Counted from the first letter of the stretch, positions 24,444 through 36,856 are shown. The stretch: DNA of 64,000 nucleotides from Burkholderiales bacterium (GCA_044507525.1 JBIQJM010000001.1:18463-82462); one strand, 5' to 3'. Notes: generated by a model not told the origin, from the letters alone. Numbers and translations are program-made.

Positions 24444-25454
24444 ATGCCACCCGTCCCCGTCAGCCTCACCCAGTACCTCGTCGAGAAGCAGCGCGAGAAG
24501 GGGCTCATCCCCACCGAGTTGCGCATGCTGCTGGAGGTGATGGCGCGTACCTGCAAGCGCATCGCCATCGCCGTCTCGAAGGGCGCGCTCGCCGACTCGC
24601 TCGGCGAGGCCGGGTCGTCGAACGTGCAGGGCGAATCGCAGAAGAAGCTCGACGTCATCGCCAACGAAGCGCTGCTCGAGGCCAACGAATGGGGCGGCAA
24701 CCTCGCCGCGATGGCCTCGGAGGAGATGGACAACCCGTACCCGATCCCCAACCGCTATCCGAAGGGCGAGTTCCTGCTGCTCTACGACCCGCTCGACGGA
24801 TCCTCGAACATCGACGTCAACGTCTCGGTCGGCACGATCTTCTCGGTGCTGCGCCTGCCGGAGGGCGTGCAGGACCCGGACGAGACGCACTTCCTGCAGC
24901 CGGGCACGAAGCAGGTGGCCGCCGGCTACGCGGTCTACGGTCCGTCGACGCTGCTCGTGCTCACCGTCGGCGACGGCGTCGCCTGCTTCACGCTCGATCG
25001 CGAGCCGGGTGCGTGGATGCTCACCGCCGACCGCATGCAGATTCCGGAGAGCACGCGCGAGTTCGCGATCAATGCATCGAACGCGCGTCACTGGCAGCCG
25101 CCCGTGAAGCGCTACATCGACGAGCTGCTGGCCGGCAAGGACGGCCCGCGGGGCGTCGACTTCAACATGCGCTGGGTCGCATCGATGGTCGCCGACGTGC
25201 ACCGGATCATGACGCGCGGCGGCATCTTCCTCTATCCGCGCGACAACCGCGACCCGAGCAAGCCCGGCAAGCTGCGGCTGCTCTACGAAGCGAATCCGAT
25301 GTCCTTCCTCGTCGAGCAGGCGGGCGGCGCGGCCACCAACGGCGTGCAGCGGATCATGGACATCGTCCCGTCGAAGCTGCACGAACGGGTCGCGGTGATT
25401 CTCGGTTCGAAGGAAGAAGTCGAGCGCGTGACGGAGTACCACCGGCAGGCCTGA
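24444..25454 (+). CDS. fbp: Class 1 fructose-1,6-bisphosphatase
   Basis: [35 protein letters not shown]. Confidence 0.96.
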   Translation: MPPVPVSLTQYLVEKQREKGLIPTELRMLLEVMARTCKRIAIAVSKGALADSLGEAGSSNVQGESQKKLDVIANEALLEANEWGGNLAAMASEEMDNPYPIPNRYPKGEFLLLYDPLDGSSNIDVNVSVGTIFSVLRLPEGVQDPDETHFLQPGTKQVAAGYAVYGPSTLLVLTVGDGVACFTLDREPGAWMLTADRMQIPESTREFAINASNARHWQPPVKRYIDELLAGKDGPRGVDFNMRWVASMVADVHRIMTRGGIFLYPRDNRDPSKPGKLRLLYEANPMSFLVEQAGGAATNGVQRIMDIVPSKLHERVAVILGSKEEVERVTEYHRQA

Positions 25455-25490
25455 AGCCGAAGCCGAAGCGATCGGCAGTTTCGACCCGAC

Positions 25491-26219
25491 GTGACGACGA
25501 GAGCCACCGACGCCCTCCGCCCGCTGATCGCGATCGATCGTCGCCTGGCGTGGGCGGGCTTTCGGCAGATGGTGCCGATCTCCGTGTTCGTGATGGTGTT
25601 CGGCGCGGCGTTCGGCCTGGCTGCCACGCAGAAGGGCCTGGACGCGACCTGGACCGTCGTCATGAGCGCGCTGGTGTTCGCCGGCGCCGCGCAGTTCGCG
25701 ACGCTCGACCTGTGGGGGCCGCAGGTGCCGATCGTCGCCCTCGCGCTCACCGTGTTCGCCATCAACGCCCGTCACCTGCTGATGGGAGCCACGCTCTACC
25801 CCTGGCTGCGCCACCTGCCGCCGAGGCCCCGCTATGGCGTGATGACGGTGATCTCCGACGTCAACTGGGCGCTGGCGATGCAGGCCTTCGGCAGGGGGCG
25901 GCCGGGCCTCGGGCTGCTGCTGGGCGGCGGAATCGCGCTCTGGGTGTCCTGGGTACTGGGCACCTGGCTGGGCACGGAGGTCGGCCACCTCGTCGCCGAT
26001 GCGCGGCGCTGGGGACTGGACATGGTGATGGGCTGCTTCCTGCTGGCCATGGTGCTCGACGGTCGGAAGAACCTGCGCATGCTCGCCATCTGGGCGGTGG
26101 CGGCCTGCGCGTCGCTCGCCGCCTGGCGCTACCTGCCCGAGAACAGCCACGTGGTGGTGGGCGCGCTGGCCGGTGGCCTGCTGGGGATGGGCTGGACGGA
26201 GCGAAACCGTGATCGTTGA
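25491..26219 (+). CDS. azlC: AzlC family amino acid exporter
   Basis: MSALVFAGAAQF, INARHLLMGA, WVLGT. Confidence 0.85.
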   Translation: MTTRATDALRPLIAIDRRLAWAGFRQMVPISVFVMVFGAAFGLAATQKGLDATWTVVMSALVFAGAAQFATLDLWGPQVPIVALALTVFAINARHLLMGATLYPWLRHLPPRPRYGVMTVISDVNWALAMQAFGRGRPGLGLLLGGGIALWVSWVLGTWLGTEVGHLVADARRWGLDMVMGCFLLAMVLDGRKNLRMLAIWAVAACASLAAWRYLPENSHVVVGALAGGLLGMGWTERNRDR

Positions 26220-26517
26220 ATCCGCCGGCTGGGGCCTCGCGCTGATCGTCGCCGTCATGGCGCTGGTGACGCTGGCGACCCGCTGGGGCGGCGTGTTCGT
26301 GATGTCTTTCGTGCCGCTCGGCCATCGGGTCCAGCAGTTCATCGCGGCGATGTCCGGCTCGGTGCTGGTCGCCCTGCTGGCGCCACTGGCGGTGCAAGGC
26401 GATGGGGGCGCCCGGCTCGCGCTCGCGACGACGGCCGCCGCGATGCTCGTGGCGAAGAGACCGCTGCCCGCAATCGCGGCCGGGATCGTGGCGGCGGCCG
26501 TGTTCAGGCAGTTCTGA
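26209..26517 (+). CDS. azlD: AzlD family small membrane protein
   Basis: Overlaps azlC end; MALVTLATRWGG, short and hydrophobic. Confidence 0.75.
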   Translation: MIVESAGWGLALIVAVMALVTLATRWGGVFVMSFVPLGHRVQQFIAAMSGSVLVALLAPLAVQGDGGARLALATTAAAMLVAKRPLPAIAAGIVAAAVFRQF

Positions 26518-26576
26518 ACCGGTCGGCGTTCTCGAGATCCGGCATCCCCGCGGATCCGTCACCCCCCGCACCGATC

Positions 26577-29318
26577 TCACGCAGCCTCGTTCGCCAGGTC
26601 CAGCCACACCCGCTTGAGCGACGGATCGTCCCGATCGGTCTGCACCGAGAAACCCGTCGACTGCATCAGCCGCATCATCGGCGCATTGGCGGCGAGCACG
26701 AACCCCTCGATGCGCTCGAGGCCGCGCCGGCGGGCCTGCTCGATGATCGCCTTCATCAGCGTCGTGCCCAGGCCCTGTCGCTGGATCTCGTCGGCGATCG
26801 CGATCGCGAATTCGCAACTGCGGCGGTCGGGATTGAGCAGGTAGCGCACGACCCCGATGATCGACGCGGCATCGTCCCCGCCCGCGCCCTCCGCCGACGC
26901 GTCCTCGTCCGCCTCCCGTACGCCCGGGTCCACCACCGCGACCAGCGCCAGCTCCCGGTCGTAGTCGATCTGCGTATAGCGCACGAGCATCCGCGGCGAC
27001 AGCTCGTTGAGCGCCGAGATGAACCGGAAGTAGCGCGACTGCTCCGAGAGTCCACGCACGAAACGCTGCAGCCGCTCGCCGTCCTCGGCCTGGATCGGAC
27101 GGATGACGTACGGGCGTCCGTCGCGCAGCGTGCAGTGCCGCACCAGCTCCGACGGGTACGGCATGATCGCCATGTGCGCGTAGCGGCGCTGGTCGTGCGG
27201 TTCGCGCACCGGGACGTGCGCGTCCGCCACCGCACGCGCATCGACCGCGATCAGCCCCCCCTCGTCGGCGATGATCGGGTTGATGTCGAGCTCCGCGAGC
27301 TGCGGCAACTCGCAGACCATCTCCGACACGCGCACCAGCAGCCGCTCGAGCGCTTCGAGGTCGACCGCGGGCGCATCCCCGTACTCGGCGAGCGTGCGCG
27401 CGACGCGCGTGCGGGCGATCATGCTTCGCGCGAGGAAGCTGTTCAGCGGCGGAAACTCGAGCGTCGTGTCGCGATGGATCTCGACGCGCTTGCCGCCGGT
27501 GCCGAAGGCGATGACCGGACCGAACAGCCGGTCACGGAACACGCCGACGTACAGCTCGCGGCCGTGACGGCCGAGCTTCATCGGCTGCAGCGTGACGCCC
27601 TGGATGCGCGCCGCCGGGCGCGCCGCGCGCACCGCCGCCAGGATCGCGTCGAACTGCTCGCGCACCTCGGTCGCGTTGCGCACGTTCAGCGCGACGCCGC
27701 CGACGTCGCTCTTGTGCGCGATGTCGGACGAGCTGATCTTCATCGCGACCGGGTAGCCGATCCCGTTCGCCGCGGCCACCGCCTGCTGTCGATCGGTGGC
27801 GAGCAGCGTGCGGTTCACCGGCACGTGGAAGGCATCGAGCAGCACCTTCGACTCGAGCTCGGTCAGCACCTCTCGCCCTTCGGCCAGCGCCGCATCGAGC
27901 ACGCCCCGCGCACGCTCGACGTCGGGCCGGTCGCGGCCGGACAGCGAACGCGGCGTCTGCTGCAGCAGCAGCTGGTTCTGGTAGAACGTCGCCACGGTGG
28001 AGAACGCGTCGACCGCCGCCTCGGGCGTGCGGAACACCGGCACGCCGGCCGCGTCGAGCCAGGCGCGCAGCGGGCGCGTCGAGTTGTCGCCGAGCCAGCA
28101 GGCGAACATCGGCTTGCCGAGCGTACCGGCGATGCGCGCGATCCGTTCGGTGATCTGCGGCGCATCGAGGCCGGCGAACGGCGACAGCAGCACCAGCATC
28201 GCATCCGACTCGGGATCGTAGGCGATCGCCTCGAGGGCGTTCGCGTAGTCGTCGGCGCTCGCCGCGAGCCCGAGGTTCAGCGGATTGGCGATCTCGACGC
28301 CGGGCAGCGACGCCGCGAGACGGCGCCGCGTGGGCTCGGTGTACGGCAGCACCCGGATGTTCGCCATGCACGCCTGGTCGGAGGCGAGGACGAGCGGGCC
28401 GTTGCCGTTGCCGATCATCGCGAGCCGCTTGCCGAGCGGCCAGTTGCGCGAAGCGAGGTAGCGCGCCGCCGTGAACAACTGCGTGAAGAGGCGCACCTGC
28501 ACGGCGCCGGCGCGTCGCAGCGCCGCGCTGTAGACCTCGTCGCTGCCGACGATTGCGCCCGAGTGCGTACGTGCGGTCGGGCGGCTGGCCGCGTCGCGAC
28601 CGCCCTTGAGCACGACGACGGGCTTGACCGACGCGAGCGCGCGCAGCGCGCTCATGAAGCTGCGCGAATCGCGCACCGCCTCCAGATAGACGACGACCGC
28701 CTTCGTCGACGGATCGTTGGCCAGGAAATCGAGCACCTGCGCGATGTCGATGTCGAGCTCGGCGCCCAGCGATACCGCCAGCGAGAAGCCGATCGCCGTG
28801 TCGCCTGCCCAGTCGAGGATCGCGCCGCCGAGCACGCCCGACTGGCTGACGAGCGCGACGTTTCCAGGCGGCGGCAGCACGCCCATCCGTCCGGCGTCGA
28901 GCCTGCGCGGCGGGCGCGCGAAGCCGAGCGTGCCGGGCCCGAGCAGCCGGATCCGCGCTTCGCGGGCGATCGCGAGCAGGTCGGCGCAGACCTCGGCCCC
29001 GGATGCCTCGCACAGCAGCGCCGCCGTGCGCGCACCGAGGCGGGCTGCCTCGTGCATCGCCGCGACCGCATGCGTCGGCGCGACGGCGAGCACGGCGAGA
29101 TCGACACCGCGCTCGGTGCGCGCCGCTTCACCCGGCGAGGAGTCGGCGGCAGCCTGCGGCCCGTCGTCGCCCCGCGCGAGCACGACGCGCCGTACGCTCG
29201 CCTTGGAGCTCTCGAGCTGGTGTTGCAGGTGACCTACCCACGGTGCTTCGTCCGGTCCGCAGACCAGGACGATCCGCGACGGATCGAACAGCGAGGTCAG
29301 CGCGTCCTGGCGTTCCAT
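26577..29318 (-). CDS. pat: Protein lysine acetyltransferase (NDP-forming acyl-CoA synthetase-like + GNAT)
   Basis: SQSG, KPVVVLKGGR, HKSDVGGV, FGPVIAFG, DINP, C-terminal GNAT YFRF...TQIDYDRELA...QRQGLG. Confidence 0.9.
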   Translation of the reverse strand: MERQDALTSLFDPSRIVLVCGPDEAPWVGHLQHQLESSKASVRRVVLARGDDGPQAAADSSPGEAARTERGVDLAVLAVAPTHAVAAMHEAARLGARTAALLCEASGAEVCADLLAIAREARIRLLGPGTLGFARPPRRLDAGRMGVLPPPGNVALVSQSGVLGGAILDWAGDTAIGFSLAVSLGAELDIDIAQVLDFLANDPSTKAVVVYLEAVRDSRSFMSALRALASVKPVVVLKGGRDAASRPTARTHSGAIVGSDEVYSAALRRAGAVQVRLFTQLFTAARYLASRNWPLGKRLAMIGNGNGPLVLASDQACMANIRVLPYTEPTRRRLAASLPGVEIANPLNLGLAASADDYANALEAIAYDPESDAMLVLLSPFAGLDAPQITERIARIAGTLGKPMFACWLGDNSTRPLRAWLDAAGVPVFRTPEAAVDAFSTVATFYQNQLLLQQTPRSLSGRDRPDVERARGVLDAALAEGREVLTELESKVLLDAFHVPVNRTLLATDRQQAVAAANGIGYPVAMKISSSDIAHKSDVGGVALNVRNATEVREQFDAILAAVRAARPAARIQGVTLQPMKLGRHGRELYVGVFRDRLFGPVIAFGTGGKRVEIHRDTTLEFPPLNSFLARSMIARTRVARTLAEYGDAPAVDLEALERLLVRVSEMVCELPQLAELDINPIIADEGGLIAVDARAVADAHVPVREPHDQRRYAHMAIMPYPSELVRHCTLRDGRPYVIRPIQAEDGERLQRFVRGLSEQSRYFRFISALNELSPRMLVRYTQIDYDRELALVAVVDPGVREADEDASAEGAGGDDAASIIGVVRYLLNPDRRSCEFAIAIADEIQRQGLGTTLMKAIIEQARRRGLERIEGFVLAANAPMMRLMQSTGFSVQTDRDDPSLKRVWLDLANEAA

Positions 29319-29355
29319 GCCGACGGGCCGGCCGGCGGACGGTCGATCCGCGGCA

Positions 29356-30282
29356 TCAGTCGATTCCGATCAACGCACGAAGGTGCAGCTCGACGCAGCG
29401 CGCGAGCGCCGCCAGTTCGTAGCCGCCCTCGAGCGTCGAGACGATGCGGCCCTCGCAGTGTTCGTCCGCAAAGGCCGCGATCTGCGCGCTCACCCACGCG
29501 TAGTCGTCGTCGCGCCAGCCGAGATGGCTCATGTCGTCCTCGCGATGCGCGTCGAACCCCGCCGATACGAAGATCATCTGCGGCGCGAAGGCCTTCAGCT
29601 TCGGCAACCAGGCTTCGAGCACCGCTTCGCGCAGCGATGTGCCGTCGCTGTACGGCGCGAGGGGAACGTTGAGCATGTTGGCGCCGCGCGGGCTCTCGCC
29701 GAGGAACGGATACAGGCGCGCCTGGAAGGTCGAGACCATCAACACCCGGTCGTCGCCGGCGAGGATGTCCTCGCTGCCGTTCCCGTGATGCACGTCGAAG
29801 TCGACGATGGCGACGCGCCGGAGTCCGAGCCCGTCGAGCGCGTGCAGCACGCCCACCGCGATGTTGTTGAAGAAGCAGAACCCCATCGCACGGCCACGCT
29901 CGGCGTGATGTCCCGGCGGGCGCACCGCGCAGAACGCACGCCGGTACCGCCCGGAGACGACCAGCTCGGTGGCGCGCACGACGGCACCGGCCGCATGCAG
30001 CGCGGCGTTCCACGTGTGGGGGTTCATCGCGGTGTCGGGGTCGACCTGCGCATAGCCGTCGCGCGGCGCGCTCGCCTGCAGTTCGAGGAAGAAGCGCACG
30101 TCGTGCGCGCGCGCGATCTGCTCGCGTGTCGCCTCGGGCGCCTCGATCGTGTCCATGTAGTCGGCGACGCCGCGCAGCAGCAGCCGATCGGCGATCACCG
30201 CCAGCCGCTCGGGGCACTCGGGATGATGCGGCCCCATCTCATGCAGCAGGAAGCTCGGGTGCGTGAGGTACGCGGCCTTCAT
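29356..30282 (-). CDS. Zn-dependent histone deacetylase family protein
   Basis: HPECPERL, RPPGHHA, GFC, DFDVHHGNG, SAGFDAH, LEGGY. Confidence 0.93.
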   Translation of the reverse strand: MKAAYLTHPSFLLHEMGPHHPECPERLAVIADRLLLRGVADYMDTIEAPEATREQIARAHDVRFFLELQASAPRDGYAQVDPDTAMNPHTWNAALHAAGAVVRATELVVSGRYRRAFCAVRPPGHHAERGRAMGFCFFNNIAVGVLHALDGLGLRRVAIVDFDVHHGNGSEDILAGDDRVLMVSTFQARLYPFLGESPRGANMLNVPLAPYSDGTSLREAVLEAWLPKLKAFAPQMIFVSAGFDAHREDDMSHLGWRDDDYAWVSAQIAAFADEHCEGRIVSTLEGGYELAALARCVELHLRALIGID

Positions 30283-30391
30283 CGGGGGATCTCCTCCAGC
30301 CACCACTGTAGCGCACGGCGGGCACGGTAGACTGATCCGACCGCGGCGCGGCCCCGCCGCCGCTTTTCCCACGTCCGATCGACGCTTCGCG

Positions 30392-31960
30392 ATGTCCGAC
30401 GGCTACCCCCGGGCCCCGACACGGCTCCTGACGGCCTGCATCCTCGCGCTGGCGCTCGTTTCGTGCGCGAGCCTCCCGGCGCCGCAACCGCTGCCGCCGC
30501 AGAGCGCGTTCGCGTATCCGGAAAGCACGAGGCTCGGCCGCATCGTCGCCGAAAGCGCGCCCGACGCACGGTCTTCCGGCGTGCGCCTGCTGATCTCCGG
30601 CGAGGAGGCCCTCGGCTCGCTCGTCACGCTCGCCCGCCACGCCGAGCGCTCGCTCGACCTGCAGTACTACATCGTGCGCAACGACGCGTCGGCGCGCACG
30701 CTGCTGCGGGAAGTGCACGCGGCAGCCGTGCGCGGGGTGCGCGTGCGGATGCTCGTCGACGATCTCAACACCGCCGCCAGCGACGAGAGCCTGCTGTGCT
30801 TCACGCAGCATCCGAACATCGAGCTGCGGCTGTTCAATCCGCTGCCCGGCGGGCGCTTCTCCACGTACACGCGGATCCTCGCGTCGCTGACCGACCTCGA
30901 TCGCATCAACCAGCGCATGCACGGGAAGATGTTCGTCGCCGACAACGCGATCGGCGCCACCGGGGGGCGCAACCTCGGCGACGAGTACTTCGTGCGCAGC
31001 CCGAAGAGCAACTTCGTCGACCTGGACGTGCTCGTCGCCGGGCCGGCGGTTCGCAGGCTGTCGTCGACCTTCGATCGCTTCTGGAACGACCCGCTCGCCT
31101 ATCCGGCCGAGCAGTTGATCCGGGTGGCGCCGCACTGCGAAGGGCCGGTGTCGAAGTCGCCGCAACCGGAGCGAAACCCGCAGGGCGAGGTCGTCGCGGC
31201 GCCCGACTCCACGCCGGTGCCCGACAGCAAGCTCGCACGAGAGGTCGAGGCGAATCGGCTCGCGCTGACCTGGGCCGACGTGCGCGTGCTCGCCGACGAG
31301 CCGGCGAAGATCGGTGCCGCGCCCACGCCGAAGACGGCGTCGATCACGGACGAGGTCAGGCGGCTGCTCGGCTCGGCACGCAGCGAGCTCCTTCTCGTCA
31401 CGCCGTATTTCGTCCCCGGCGAGCACGGCGTCGAGCTGATCCGGGCGCTTCGCGAACGGGGCGTGCAGGTGCGCGTGCTCACCAATTCGCTGGCCTCCAC
31501 CGACGCGCCGGTCGTGCATACCGGCTACGCGCGCTACCGCCCGCAGCTGATCGAACTCGGCGTGGAGCTCTACGAGTTGCGCAACCAGCTCGGCACGCCG
31601 CGCTCGCAGCTCGGCCGCTTCGGATCGTCGCTGGCGAGCCTGCACGCGAAGGCCGTCATCGTGGACCGCAGGACGGTGCTGGTCGGGTCGATGAACCTCG
31701 ATCCGCGCTCGGAGCACCTGAACACGGAGATGGGGCTGGTGATGCCCGACGAGACCGTCGCCGCGAAACTCGTGCGCCTCTTCGACGACGTCGCCCACAA
31801 CAGCAGCTACCGGATCGTCGAAGGCGAGGACGGCCGGCTGCACTGGGTCGGCGGGTCGGCGAAGGTGCCCGACGCCGAGGGTCGCGAACCCGGTGCGAGC
31901 CTCGGACTGCGCGTCCTGATGTTCCTGCTGACGCCGTTCGCGCCCGAAGAGATGCTCTGA
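30392..31960 (+). CDS. Phospholipase D family lipoprotein (ClsC/YmdC-like)
   Basis: Lipobox LVSC; two HxK motifs RMHGKMFVAD and LHAKAVIVD; GGRNLGDEYF; GSMNLDPRS. Confidence 0.88.
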   Translation: MSDGYPRAPTRLLTACILALALVSCASLPAPQPLPPQSAFAYPESTRLGRIVAESAPDARSSGVRLLISGEEALGSLVTLARHAERSLDLQYYIVRNDASARTLLREVHAAAVRGVRVRMLVDDLNTAASDESLLCFTQHPNIELRLFNPLPGGRFSTYTRILASLTDLDRINQRMHGKMFVADNAIGATGGRNLGDEYFVRSPKSNFVDLDVLVAGPAVRRLSSTFDRFWNDPLAYPAEQLIRVAPHCEGPVSKSPQPERNPQGEVVAAPDSTPVPDSKLAREVEANRLALTWADVRVLADEPAKIGAAPTPKTASITDEVRRLLGSARSELLLVTPYFVPGEHGVELIRALRERGVQVRVLTNSLASTDAPVVHTGYARYRPQLIELGVELYELRNQLGTPRSQLGRFGSSLASLHAKAVIVDRRTVLVGSMNLDPRSEHLNTEMGLVMPDETVAAKLVRLFDDVAHNSSYRIVEGEDGRLHWVGGSAKVPDAEGREPGASLGLRVLMFLLTPFAPEEML

Positions 31961-32007
31961 GCTTCGCCGCCCGGTCGGCGCTCGCACTGCAGCCGGGAAA
32001 GGCGCAG

Positions 32008-32081
32008 TGGAGCGGGTGAAGGGAATCGAACCCTCGTATGCAGCTTGGGAAGCTGCCGTTCTACCATTGAACTACACCCGC
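32008..32081 (-). tRNA. tRNA-Gly (CCC)
   Basis: Reverse complement GCGGGTGTAGTTCAATGGTAGAACGGCAGCTTCCCAAGCTGCATACGAGGGTTCGATTCCCTTCACCCGCTCCA; -10 TAGAAT at 32099-32094. Confidence 0.97.
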
Positions 32082-32125
32082 CCGTCCGCGGCGATTCTAC
32101 CGCGGCGCGGCGTCGGCAGCCTCGA

Positions 32126-32809
32126 TCAGAGCTGCAGCGCGAGCAGGCCCGCCGAGCAGGCGGCCAGCGCAAGGGCCAATGTCGGCACGACGGCGCCGCG
32201 TACGCCCGCCGCCAGCGCCGGCACCAGGCGCCGCGACACGAGCGCGCCGGCCGCGAACAGCAGGCCGCTGGCGAGCCCCAGGCCGGCGAAGAACGGCGCG
32301 CCGGCCCCCTCCAGGCCGTGCAGGAAGCCGTGCGGCAGCGCCACGAGAGCGACGACCGCCGCCATCGGCGCGATCGCGAGGCGCTCGCCCGCGAGCAGCA
32401 GCGCGGCAACGACGAGCAGCGAACACGAGGCCGCCAGCTCGACGGCCGTGCCGCCGTACAGCGCGCCGCTCGCGCCGGACAGCGTCGCGAGCAGCGCGCC
32501 GAGCAGCAGGCCTGCGGCCGTCGCGAAGCCGACCGTCGCCACGATCGCCCGCGCGCCCGCGCGTGGCGGACGCCCGCCGCCCGGCGACGATCGGTTCGCG
32601 TAGCGCGCGGCCAGGTGGCCGGCCAGCAGACCGACCCCGAAGGTCGCGAGCAAGTGGTCGACACCGGTGATCGGGTGCAGCAGGCCCGTCGGCAGTCCGC
32701 CTGCGCCGTGGCCCGGATGCGCCCAGGCAGGGCTCGCCGCGAGCGCCAGCAACAGCGACGGCATGACCCTGCCCGCCCTTTCCACCATTGCCCTGCTTCG
32801 TTCGTCCAT
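32126..32809 (-). CDS. ureJ: HupE/UreJ nickel permease
   Basis: AWAHPGH, GLLHPITGVDHLLA, HGFLHGLE; last gene of the urease cluster. Confidence 0.85.
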   Translation of the reverse strand: MDERSRAMVERAGRVMPSLLLALAASPAWAHPGHGAGGLPTGLLHPITGVDHLLATFGVGLLAGHLAARYANRSSPGGGRPPRAGARAIVATVGFATAAGLLLGALLATLSGASGALYGGTAVELAASCSLLVVAALLLAGERLAIAPMAAVVALVALPHGFLHGLEGAGAPFFAGLGLASGLLFAAGALVSRRLVPALAAGVRGAVVPTLALALAACSAGLLALQL

Positions 32810-32835
32810 CGCGTCGCTCTCCGTCGTTGTGCCGG

Positions 32836-33450
32836 TCACTGGAAAAGTCCCCGCTTCTCGACGAACGACACGACGTCGTCGAGCCCGAATCCCTGCAGGA
32901 GGTTGGAGAACACGAACGGTCGCTCGCCGCGCATGCGGCGGGCATCGCGCTCCATCACCGCGAGCGATGCGCCGACGTAGGGCGCGAGATCGATCTTGTT
33001 GATCACGAGCAGGTCCGACCGGGTGATGCCCGGGCCGCCCTTGCGCGGAATCTTGTCGCCGGCCGCCACGTCGATCACGTAGATCGTGAGGTCCGACAAC
33101 TCCGGCGAGAACGTCGCCGCGAGATTGTCGCCGCCCGACTCGACGAAGACGATCTGCAGGCCGGGAAAGCGGCGCGCGAGCCGGTCGACGGCCTCGAGGT
33201 TGATCGACGCATCCTCGCGGATCGCGGTATGCGGGCAGCCGCCGGTCTCGACCCCGAGGATGCGCTCGACCGGCAGCGCATCGTTGCGCACGAGGAACTC
33301 GGCGTCCTCGCGCGTATAGATGTCGTTGGTGACGGCGGCGATCGAATAGCGCTCGCGCAGCCTGCGGCACAGCGCGAGCGTCAGTGCCGTCTTGCCCGAT
33401 CCGACGGGTCCGCCGATGCCTACCCGCAAGGGTCCGTGTCCGCTGGTCAT
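32836..33450 (-). CDS. ureG: Urease accessory GTPase
   Basis: [33 protein letters not shown]. Confidence 0.97.
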   Translation of the reverse strand: MTSGHGPLRVGIGGPVGSGKTALTLALCRRLRERYSIAAVTNDIYTREDAEFLVRNDALPVERILGVETGGCPHTAIREDASINLEAVDRLARRFPGLQIVFVESGGDNLAATFSPELSDLTIYVIDVAAGDKIPRKGGPGITRSDLLVINKIDLAPYVGASLAVMERDARRMRGERPFVFSNLLQGFGLDDVVSFVEKRGLFQ

Positions 33451-33498
33451 GAAGTCTCCCAGTAGGGGTTTGCCATCGGCGTCTGCGCGCCCGCGCCG

Positions 33499-34179
33499 TC
33501 AGGAGCGGAACAAGCGCGAGTATTGCGACTCGTGCCGGATGGACCACAGTGCGAGTGCCGGCGCGGCATTCGACCAGTCGTCGGGGGCGAGCCCCAGGCT
33601 GCGTTCGGCGCTCGCCTCCACGCGCGGGCCGAGCGCGAGCAGCAGGCGCTGCGCGGCGATCTGCCCGAGCGGAAGCGCCTTCATCAGCACCATCGCCTGG
33701 TTCTCGACGAAGCTCCACGCGAAACAGAGCGCGGCCTCGCGCTCGCCCAGCGCGAGCCGCGACGCCGCCAGCGCCCACGCGATCGGCAGGCTCACCGGCT
33801 GCAGGCGCGCAAACAGTTGCTCGTCCTCCTGCGGGCTCGGGCAGACGTCCCGGACCCAGCGGGCGAGCGAAAAACCCATCTGCAGCGATTCCTGGCGCAG
33901 CTCGGGCGTCTCGCGCGCCGCGATCGCGCGCTCGTTCCATGCGACCAGCGCATCGGCCTGCCGCCCGCCGACGTCCGCGCGGACGCAGCGCAGCGCCGCC
34001 ACCATCAGCGGCAGTTCGAATCCGGCGAGCGACAGTGCCAGCACGTCGTCGATCCACTCGTGCGCGCTCGTCGCGTCGTGCACCTGGCCCGATTCGATCG
34101 CCCACTCGAGCGCCGCCGAATAGCTGAAGCCGCCGATCGGCAGGGCGGGACTGGCCAGCTGCAGCAGCCGCGCGCTCAT
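33499..34179 (-). CDS. ureF: Urease accessory protein
   Basis: LLQLASPALPIGGFSYS, HESQYSRLFRS. Confidence 0.95.
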   Translation of the reverse strand: MSARLLQLASPALPIGGFSYSAALEWAIESGQVHDATSAHEWIDDVLALSLAGFELPLMVAALRCVRADVGGRQADALVAWNERAIAARETPELRQESLQMGFSLARWVRDVCPSPQEDEQLFARLQPVSLPIAWALAASRLALGEREAALCFAWSFVENQAMVLMKALPLGQIAAQRLLLALGPRVEASAERSLGLAPDDWSNAAPALALWSIRHESQYSRLFRS

Positions 34180-34724
34180 CGCGCCGACGGCCCGTCGAAG
34201 TCGTGGATGCGCGGGCCATGGCCGCTGCCGTGATCATGATCGTGATCGTGGTCATCACCGTGCCCGCCGTGCACGTGCCCGTGCCCGTAGGCGCCCGACT
34301 CCGGCTGGAAGCCGCTGTCGATCTCGTGCACCTGCCCGCCGAGCTTCTCGACCATCGCGCGCAGCACGTGGTCGGGCAGCAGGCGCAGCCAGCCGTCACC
34401 GACCTGCAGCGGCACGTGCCGGTTGCCGAGGTGATAGGCGATGCGCGCGAGCATCGCCGCATCGGCGGCGCGCACCTCGATCAAGGCTTCCGGGGCCGCT
34501 TCGACGGCGACCACGCGCCCGTCGTCCAGTTGCAGCCGCGCGCCGTGCGCGAGCAGCGCGCCCGGCGGCAGGTCGACGCCGATCTCCTCGCCCGAGCGCA
34601 TCACCGCGCGGAAACGTGAACGTTCGCGCCGCTCGAAGGGCAACTCGAGCACGTCGTCGACGCGCGCCGAGCGCGGTGCAAAGCGGACTGCGAGGACGAT
34701 CGTGCTGCGCGGAGCCGTGGTCAT
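34176..34724 (-). CDS. ureE: Urease nickel chaperone with His-rich tail
   Basis: AYHLGNRH, DHVL, FQPESGAY, HGHVHGGHGDDHDHDHDH. Confidence 0.93.
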   Translation of the reverse strand: MTTAPRSTIVLAVRFAPRSARVDDVLELPFERRERSRFRAVMRSGEEIGVDLPPGALLAHGARLQLDDGRVVAVEAAPEALIEVRAADAAMLARIAYHLGNRHVPLQVGDGWLRLLPDHVLRAMVEKLGGQVHEIDSGFQPESGAYGHGHVHGGHGDDHDHDHDHGSGHGPRIHDFDGPSAR

Positions 34725-34729
34725 CGCGA

Positions 34730-36429
<1,700 letters not shown>

Positions 36430-36433
<4 letters not shown>

Positions 36434-36798
36434 TTCTTCCTTCCCGCGGTGCGCTTGCCGGCCGCCGCGCGCGCCTGGTCCGGGCGCGAGGGATCGAGCG
36501 GTCCCATCACCATCTGCCGGAATCCGTGCACGACGCGCGCACCGGACAGCGCGACGAGCTCGACGGCGCGCGCCTGCCCCGGCTCGAAGCGCACGGCGGT
36601 TCCGGCCGCGACATTCAGGCGGAAGCCGCGCGCCCTGCCCCGATCGAAATCGAGCGCGGCGTTGGTCTCCGCGAAATGGTAGTGCGAGCCGACCTGGATC
36701 GGTCGGTCGCCCGTGTTGCGCACTTCGAGCGCGATCGTGGGGCGTCCCGCGTTCAGCTCGATCTCGCCTTCGTCCACCAGCAGCTCGCCGGGAAGCAT
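36430..36798 (-). CDS. ureB: Urease subunit beta
   Basis: [38 protein letters not shown]. Confidence 0.96.
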
Positions 36799-36856
36799 CC
36801 CCGCGCTCCTTTCGATGGGATCGCGCTCCGCGTGCACCCTGCGCACGGCGCCGATC

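Noticed and set aside
31961..32125. tRNA-Gly as an integration site for the urease block
   Set aside because: No integrase and no duplicated tRNA 3' end found; the block lies on the 5' side of the tRNA
34215..34285. His/Asp repeats in ureE
   Set aside because: Well-known Ni-binding tail
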